Source: Candidatus Saccharimonadia bacterium (lineage in GTDB: Bacteria > Patescibacteriota > Saccharimonadia > UBA4664). From it: DNA of 64,000 nt. The translations under genes and the position numbers were made by a program. Below, piece after piece: positions 57,854 through 64,000 of this stretch. Under the pieces are notes generated by a model. That model was given only the letters and a program-made list of their open reading frames with translations, was not told the DNA's origin and searched no databases. The stretch is from assembly GCA_035544015.1 (NCBI GenBank), contig DATKIP010000010.1:6449-70448 (forward strand), in the 5' to 3' direction. Each line of letters starts with the position of its first letter. The first letter of the stretch is position 1.

Positions 57854-57882
57854 TTGACAAAGCGTAAGAATAATGCTATTAT
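57854..57882 (+). promoter_or_regulatory. Near-consensus sigma70 promoter
   Basis: TTGACA(57854-57859)-N17-TATTAT(57877-57882) with extended TG; AGCGTAAG in the spacer. Confidence 0.75.
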
Positions 57883-57934
57883 ACAATAATCACTCGGGCA
57901 CTCGGCCCAGTGACGTTCTCGAAGGGATCTCACG

Positions 57935-58381
57935 ATGCGCGCTCGTCCGCTCGCTCTGGCAGCCCTCGCCGCAGCCGCCCTCTTGGCGGGCTGCAGCAGC
58001 TCCGGATCGGCCCCCGCCACGGCCACTGCCGCAGGCGCCAACATCACGATCAACGTCAGTATCGACAAGGCCGGCAAGGCCACGGTCGACCCGCTGACCC
58101 TGAGTCTGGGCAACCCGCCGGAGCAGATCAACGTGCGGTTCACCAGCCACCACCAGCCCCCGAAGGGGCTGCTGAACTCCTGCCCCAACTACGACGTGGT
58201 TCGGGTCAACGCCGACAGCCCCGTGGCGCTCTTGCCGCAGGACGGGTGCCACACCTACGAGGCCATCGCTCTCACGCGTCCCACCGTGGGCACCAACGTG
58301 ATCTCCCTCAACGGAGACGTGGTCGGATCCTTCCAGGTGATGGTCGCGACGACGGCGCCGAAGCCAACCAAGACCCCCTAG
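57935..58381 (+). CDS. Putative lipoprotein (orphan)
   Basis: MRARPLALAALAAAALLAG-C lipobox; beta-rich body. Confidence 0.65.
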   Translation: MRARPLALAALAAAALLAGCSSSGSAPATATAAGANITINVSIDKAGKATVDPLTLSLGNPPEQINVRFTSHHQPPKGLLNSCPNYDVVRVNADSPVALLPQDGCHTYEAIALTRPTVGTNVISLNGDVVGSFQVMVATTAPKPTKTP

Positions 58382-58459
58382 CCCGCCCGGGCTAGCGCCG
58401 CCGAGGCGACGATGGCCACCGAGCCAGCGTGTGGGCATCGTGCCCGCCTAGCCCGCCAT

Positions 58460-58488
58460 GTGGCCCCAAGCAACCTGCTTGGGGCCAC
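58460..58488. terminator. Perfect hairpin between convergent lipoprotein gene and hisS
   Basis: GTGGCCCCAAGCA-ACC-TGCTTGGGGCCAC 13-bp stem. Confidence 0.65.
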
Positions 58489-58501
58489 GAAACTTTTACC
58501 C

Positions 58502-59782
58502 CTACACCACCCCAAAACGCGACCGCAACTCGGCCACAATGCTCCCCAGCGGCAAAATTTCCTGCGCTCCCGACGCCATATCGCGCAAAATCACCGTTTC
58601 TTCCCGCACTTCTTTTTGACCAATAATAATTGCCAGCGGCACCCCAAGCTTGTCGGCCCGCGCCAGCTGCGATCCAATCCCGTCGCGATCCACCGCCCCC
58701 AGCGCCCCCACACCGCCGTCGAGCAGCTGCTCGATGAGCCGGAAAGCCGCCAGCCGCGCCGGCTCACCGAGCGACGCCACATACACGCGCTTGTCGGCGC
58801 CGGCCATCGGTGCCACACCGGCCTCCTCAAGCTCCATCAACATCCGCTCGGCGCCCAGGGCAAAACCCACCGCCGGCGTCGGCTGCCCACCGAGCAGTTC
58901 CACCAGCGCATCGTAGCGCCCGCCACCGCCCAAGGCCGACTGCGATCCCTCGCGCTCACCATAAAATTCAAACACCGTCCGTGTGTAATAATCCAAACCC
59001 CGCACCAGCAGCGGATTGAGCTCGTAAGCCACCCCTAGGTCGTCCAAATACTCCAAAACTCCCGAAAAATGCGTCTGGCAGGCCTCACACAGAAAATTCA
59101 AGGTCTGCGGCGCCTCGGCCAGTACCGCCCGGGTAGCAACCTCTTTCGAATCAAGCACCCGCAAGGGATTTTTGGCCACCCGCTCTCGGTCCACATCCGC
59201 CAGCTTCTTGGCGTTAGCCTCCAGGTATTCCACCAGCACCTGGCGATACTTGGGCCGGCACTCCGTGTCGCCGATGCTGTTGAGCTGCAGCGTCACATTG
59301 GCCAGCCGAATCCGGCGGAAGAACCGCTGGGCCAGCATAATTACTTGCGCGTCGGTGCTAGGCGACGCCTCACCGATCACTTCCACGTTCACCTGATTAA
59401 ATTGCCGCTGCCGCCCCGCCTGAGGCCGGTCATAGCGAAACAGCGGACCGTAGCTATAGAGTTTCACCGGCTGCGGCAGCGAGCTCATGCCGTGCTCAAT
59501 GTACGCCCGCACAATCCCAGCCGTAAATTCCGGCCGCAGCGCCACTTTGTGCTCAGAGCGATCCGCAAAGCCGTACAGCTCCTTCGCCACCGCATCCGTA
59601 TCGGTGCCTACGCCGCGTTCAAACAGCGCCTGGTCCTCAAGCAACGGCGTCTCGATGCGCCCGTAGCCGGCCGACTCGGCCACGGAGTGAAATGCCGCCA
59701 GCACATAATCATAGGCTGCCGTCTGCTCCGGCAGCAGATCGTACATCCCTCTTAAGCTCTGTAACTGTTGTTGCTTTGCCAT
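58502..59782 (-). CDS. hisS: Histidine--tRNA ligase
   Basis: LRGMYD, LRPEFTA, FRYDRPQAGRQRQF, LVRGLDYY, GGGRYD; probable start MAKQQ at 59782. Confidence 0.96.
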   Translation of the reverse strand: MAKQQQLQSLRGMYDLLPEQTAAYDYVLAAFHSVAESAGYGRIETPLLEDQALFERGVGTDTDAVAKELYGFADRSEHKVALRPEFTAGIVRAYIEHGMSSLPQPVKLYSYGPLFRYDRPQAGRQRQFNQVNVEVIGEASPSTDAQVIMLAQRFFRRIRLANVTLQLNSIGDTECRPKYRQVLVEYLEANAKKLADVDRERVAKNPLRVLDSKEVATRAVLAEAPQTLNFLCEACQTHFSGVLEYLDDLGVAYELNPLLVRGLDYYTRTVFEFYGEREGSQSALGGGGRYDALVELLGGQPTPAVGFALGAERMLMELEEAGVAPMAGADKRVYVASLGEPARLAAFRLIEQLLDGGVGALGAVDRDGIGSQLARADKLGVPLAIIIGQKEVREETVILRDMASGAQEILPLGSIVAELRSRFGVV

Positions 59783-59838
59783 CTCAATACCTTGATCACC
59801 ACAGAGCGTACCACGGCGCCCCGGCACCCGCAAACCCG

Positions 59839-61998
59839 CTAAGTAATGCGGCGAACACGCTCCACCCCGCTCAACCGTCCCAACTCGCGTCGCAGCCTCG
59901 ATAGCACAAACAAATCCGGCACCTCCACGGTCAATTTCAGCACCTTCATACCCGTCGCCTCATCCTGATCCGACACCATTGACCCCCCGATGTTAAGCTT
60001 CTCGCGTGCCACCACCCCCGTGACGTCCGAAAACAGCCCAATCCGGTTCCCCGCCGTTATCTCAAGCTGCACTGATAGAACCTCTGTATCATCATCCGTC
60101 TCCCACCGGCAAGGGGTGTAGCGCTCCATATCCTGGGGCGTATTGCGGCAGCCCAACGCGTGCACCGTCACCCCCTTGCCCCGCGTCACGTATCCCAACA
60201 GCGGCTGCGGATACACCGGGCTGCAGCACAACGCCAAACTGTGCGGGAATTCCCCGCCCGCCACCAAAATCCGGCCGGTCGGCTCCTGGCGCTTCACCCC
60301 CAGCGCGTGCTTCGGTTTCGAGGGTTCCGGCACCAGCCGCCGCACGGCCTGCATCACGCCCAAACCACCCTCGCCAATCAACGCGTACAGATCTTCGGGG
60401 GTCCGCAAGTGCAGGCCATCAAGCGCATCGCTCATCACGCGCTTCGGCAAATCCTCAAGCCGCTTGATGCCCCAGGTCTGCAACTCCGCCTCAAGCACCG
60501 CCCGACCCGAAGCCACGTTGCCCTCGCGGCTCGTCGCGCGAAACCACGACCGAATCTTGGTCTTGGCATGACTCGTCACCACAATGTTTAGCCAATCTCG
60601 GCTAGGAGCCGGCTCACGCCGGGTAATAATCTCCACCACATCCCGGTTTTCCAGCAGCGTATCGAGCGGCACCAGCCGGCCGTTCACCCGCCCGCCCAGC
60701 GCCCGCAGGCCCAAGTTTGAATGCACGGCAAAGGCAAAATCCAACGGCGTCGCTCCCTCGGGCAAATCGTACAAATCACCCTTGGGCGAAAACACGAAAA
60801 TCCGGTCGGCAAATAGCTCCAACCGCGCGCCCTCCACAAAGTCCTGCCCACTATCCGACGCCCGATGCAGCTGCGCCAATTCACTCACCCAGCGCAGATT
60901 CGCCGGCAACGCCCGAGCCCCTCTCCGCTTAGCGTACTCAGCGGTACCTTTATGCGAATCGTAGTAAAAATGCGCTGCCAAGCCAAATTCTGCCGCTTCG
61001 TGCATTTCTTGCGTGCGAATCTGAATCTCCGATATCCGCCCCTCCTCGCCAAACACTGTCGTATGCAGACTCTGATATCCATTTGGCTTGGGTACCGCAA
61101 TGTAATCCTTGATGCGATAAATGAGCGGCTTGTAATGTTGGTGAATCACCCCCAGCGCCTGATAACACGCCGCCACATCAGGCACGATAATGCGCACCGC
61201 CACCAAATCGTAAATTTTATCAATGTCGCCGTCGGTTTTTATAAGCTTTTTATAAATACTAAAATAATGCTTTTGCCGAGCCTCAATCTTAATAACCTTC
61301 ACCCCAGCCGCCCGCAGCCGCCGCACGATAGCCCGCTGCAGTCCGGTCATATACTTCGCAGCGTCCTGGGTAATTTCTTCTACCTGCCGGCGCAAATTCG
61401 CGAATTCCTCCGGCCGCGCATTCTCAAATCCCAAATCCTCCAGCTCACACTTGAGCCGGCCCATTCCCAGCCGGTCCGCCAGCGGCGCAAAAATCTCGAG
61501 GCTCTCCCACGCAATCCGCGCTCGCTTCTCGTCTGGCAGCGCGCTCAGCGTGCGCATATTGTGCAAACGATCCGCCAGTTTAATGAGAATAACGCGGAAA
61601 TCCTTGGTGGTCGCCAGCAGCAATTTACGCAAATTTTCGCTTGTGTGCTCAAATCGCGCGCTAGCCGGCGACGGCCGCGGACTCGTCGAAAGCTTGAGCT
61701 TGGTCAGGCCATCCACCAGCTCACTCACCTTAGGGCCAAATTCCTTATTTACTTCCGCGGCCGTCACGGACGTATCTTCGATCACATCGTGCAGGAGTGC
61801 TGCCACGATCACCTCGCTATCAAGCCCCCATGCCGCCACAATCTCACCCACCGCAATCGGATGAATCACATACGGGTCTCCGGTGGCGCGCTTCTGATCA
61901 CCGTGAGCCGCGATCGCAAACTTGAGCGCACGCGCGATCAGGGCATTCTCGGCCGCCGTGAATCGCGAACTATCATATTGAATACTAAGTTTACTCAT
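59839..61998 (-). CDS. relA: Bifunctional (p)ppGpp synthetase/hydrolase Rel
   Basis: HD hydrolase LLHDVIED, KLADRLHNMRTL, RIKD, YQSLHT, EIQIRT, TGS, Cys-rich and ACT domains. Confidence 0.95.
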   Translation of the reverse strand: MSKLSIQYDSSRFTAAENALIARALKFAIAAHGDQKRATGDPYVIHPIAVGEIVAAWGLDSEVIVAALLHDVIEDTSVTAAEVNKEFGPKVSELVDGLTKLKLSTSPRPSPASARFEHTSENLRKLLLATTKDFRVILIKLADRLHNMRTLSALPDEKRARIAWESLEIFAPLADRLGMGRLKCELEDLGFENARPEEFANLRRQVEEITQDAAKYMTGLQRAIVRRLRAAGVKVIKIEARQKHYFSIYKKLIKTDGDIDKIYDLVAVRIIVPDVAACYQALGVIHQHYKPLIYRIKDYIAVPKPNGYQSLHTTVFGEEGRISEIQIRTQEMHEAAEFGLAAHFYYDSHKGTAEYAKRRGARALPANLRWVSELAQLHRASDSGQDFVEGARLELFADRIFVFSPKGDLYDLPEGATPLDFAFAVHSNLGLRALGGRVNGRLVPLDTLLENRDVVEIITRREPAPSRDWLNIVVTSHAKTKIRSWFRATSREGNVASGRAVLEAELQTWGIKRLEDLPKRVMSDALDGLHLRTPEDLYALIGEGGLGVMQAVRRLVPEPSKPKHALGVKRQEPTGRILVAGGEFPHSLALCCSPVYPQPLLGYVTRGKGVTVHALGCRNTPQDMERYTPCRWETDDDTEVLSVQLEITAGNRIGLFSDVTGVVAREKLNIGGSMVSDQDEATGMKVLKLTVEVPDLFVLSRLRRELGRLSGVERVRRIT

Positions 61999-63652
61999 AG
62001 ACTATTTCCGATAATACCATCTGGATTGACCGCTTGCCTTGAAACTCATTATTGTTCAAAGTCCCCATCAAATTCACCCGCCCACCCTCGCGCAGCTCCG
62101 GATACCGTTCCACCAAGCCAAAACCAATCGCACCGAGCGACGCTCCTGCCGCATCCCCCACTCGCAAACTCAAATGCCGGCGGTCGGATCCCACCCGCTT
62201 CAACGACTGCAACCGCAGACCATCAATCCCCACCAATGGCCGGGGATTACTATTACCGTGCGGTTCGAGCAAATCCAGCCACTCCAGCAACTGGGCGTTT
62301 ACCCGGGCCAAATCACCCCAGCGCACTTCAGGCGTCAGCTCGTGTACCCCCGTCGGTTCACCAGCCATTGTGCGGTCGTAATACTCGCCCAACCCCCGTC
62401 GCAATGCCTCCAAATTACCGGCCGGCAACGTATACCCCGCCGCAAAAAAATGCCCGCCAAATTTACTCAACAGCGACTCCTGTGATCGCAGCGCCTCCAC
62501 CATATTAAATGCCGCCACACTGCGAGCCGAGCCCTTCACCGATTCACCCAGCACCTGCGCCAGCAGCACCGGCCGTTGCCACTTCTCGGCCAGCTTCGAA
62601 GCCACGATGCCCACCACCCCGTGCGACCAGTCCGAATGCGCCAACACCAACACCCGGTCGTCCGCGTGGTCCGCCGCCATCGCTTCGGCCTGCGCCAAAA
62701 TCGCCGCCTGATCCGACCGCCGGCGCTGATTGAGCGCCTCCAGCTCAGCGGCCAGCTCGACCGCCCGCGCCGGATCATCGGTCATCACGAGCTCCAAGCT
62801 CCCGGCCGCGTGCTCGAGCCGCCCAGCCGCGTTCATGCGCGGCCCCAAGCCAAATCCCACCTCGTGAGCCGTTATCCGCGCGATATCCACCCCGGCCACC
62901 TCGGCCAGCGCCCGCAGCCCCACGCGCCGCGTCCGCCGCAACACCCGCAGCCCAAAGCTCGCCAGCGCTCGGTTTTCGCCCACGAGCGGCACCACATCGC
63001 AGATCGTTCCCATCGCCACCAGATCAAGCAGCCACTTCTCTTGGCCTCGCTCCGGCTTACCCGCAGCCGCCTGCAGAGCCTGCACCAGCTTAAACGCCAC
63101 CCCCACGCCGGCCAAATCCTTGCACGGATACGGATCCCCCAGTCGCTTCGGGTTAATCACCGCCAGCGCCTCCGGCAGCACCGCCGGCACCGCGTGATGG
63201 TCGGTGATGATCAAATCCAGCCCATGCTCGCGCGCCCAAGCCGCCTCAGCCACGCTCGTGATCCCACAATCCACACTAATCACCAGCTGCGCACCCTCAA
63301 GCTGCAACCGCTCCAAAGCCGCCTGATTGATCCCATACCCCTCTTCAAATCGGTCAGGAATGTAGCTCGACACTTCCAGTCCCAACGCCGCCAACCCCTC
63401 CATCAGCACCGCGCTCGCCGTGATGCCGTCAATGTCGTAATCGCCGTACACCACCACCCGCTCAGCCCGAGCCGCAGCGGCCAAAATCCGCTCCACTGCC
63501 ACCCCCATGTCGAGCAACAGGTTCGGATCGTGCACATCCCGAGCGTAATCCGGATACAAAAAAACACCCATCTCCGCCGGCGTCATACCCCGAGCCGCCA
63601 GCAATTCGGCAATAAATTCAGGAATCGCTCCCTGGCGCATAACGCTATCCAT
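61991..63652 (-). CDS. recJ: Single-stranded DNA exonuclease RecJ
   Basis: GDYDIDG, VDCG, TDHH, PRMNAAGRL, GSARS, FGGH. Confidence 0.95.
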   Translation of the reverse strand: MDSVMRQGAIPEFIAELLAARGMTPAEMGVFLYPDYARDVHDPNLLLDMGVAVERILAAAARAERVVVYGDYDIDGITASAVLMEGLAALGLEVSSYIPDRFEEGYGINQAALERLQLEGAQLVISVDCGITSVAEAAWAREHGLDLIITDHHAVPAVLPEALAVINPKRLGDPYPCKDLAGVGVAFKLVQALQAAAGKPERGQEKWLLDLVAMGTICDVVPLVGENRALASFGLRVLRRTRRVGLRALAEVAGVDIARITAHEVGFGLGPRMNAAGRLEHAAGSLELVMTDDPARAVELAAELEALNQRRRSDQAAILAQAEAMAADHADDRVLVLAHSDWSHGVVGIVASKLAEKWQRPVLLAQVLGESVKGSARSVAAFNMVEALRSQESLLSKFGGHFFAAGYTLPAGNLEALRRGLGEYYDRTMAGEPTGVHELTPEVRWGDLARVNAQLLEWLDLLEPHGNSNPRPLVGIDGLRLQSLKRVGSDRRHLSLRVGDAAGASLGAIGFGLVERYPELREGGRVNLMGTLNNNEFQGKRSIQMVLSEIVYE

Positions 63653-63771
63653 TCACTCAGTATATCAGGCTGCCCCAGCCACACCGCTTCGACTCATATC
63701 GGTAATTTTTGACACTTTGTGTCATTTTTACCGACATGATGAGACAGAAATTGGATTTTCCAACCCCACAG

Positions 63772-64000
63772 CTAGGAAAGTTCCCGCGAAATATCAGCCT
63801 TTATCTGCAACAGGAGCGTTCTCGGAATGGAAAAATTCCTATCGTACGGAGCATAGTTTTTGCCCCAATTATCGTCACGGAACTCAACCCCACCAATCGT
63901 TTTAGCCGTCTCATAGCGAGGAATCACATGCCAATGACAACGCGGCCATGTATTGCGAAAATTTGCATAATTGAAAAGTGATGGCCCATAAAGCACATTC
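63772..64000 (-). CDS. HIT-like protein, C-terminal fragment (runs off window end)
   Basis: FNYAN...HWHVIPRY histidine-triad-like motif; lower GC. Confidence 0.6.
   Translation of the reverse strand, partial: NVLYGPSLFNYANFRNTWPRCHWHVIPRYETAKTIGGVEFRDDNWGKNYAPYDRNFSIPRTLLLQIKADISRELS

Overview
High-GC bacterial chromosome segment (genetic code 11). Gene content and style point to Patescibacteria/CPR, most likely Saccharibacteria; this is an inference. Most genes lie on the minus strand, and the + strand is strongly C-rich. (1) 1-1.3 kb: parB (5' end), parA and a small EVRK-repeat gene. (2) ~1.4-34.8 kb: a ~33 kb cell-surface locus made of two paralogous modules. It encodes seven secreted WxL/pilin-like subunits with a shared C-terminal strand, three DUF916-like membrane-anchored partners, two PKD/Ig membrane proteins, two divergently transcribed membrane fibre proteins, a cohesin-like protein and three giant secreted proteins (1405, 2281 and a Kelch-repeat 1528 aa). 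No sortase or usher gene is recognisable. This is the best candidate for an undescribed system. (3) 34.9-41.1 kb: rplU, rodA, two orphans and ileS, which is preceded by an Actinobacteria-type ultrashort T-box. (4) 41.2-45.4 kb: low-GC defence island (Sir2-HerA plus a Schlafen/AlbA_2 gene), followed by small detox-type genes. (5) 48.9-64 kb: housekeeping run (yggT, ftsZ, ftsA, map, adk, dgkA, yqeY, rpsU, HIT, hisS, rel, recJ) with a lytic transglycosylase, an SPFH gene and orphans. Non-coding signals: at least 11 apparently leaderless promoters, a recurrent AGCRTAAG promoter motif, and two ~125-bp hairpin elements sharing an internal core. All family assignments come from motif recognition by eye; no database searches were run.
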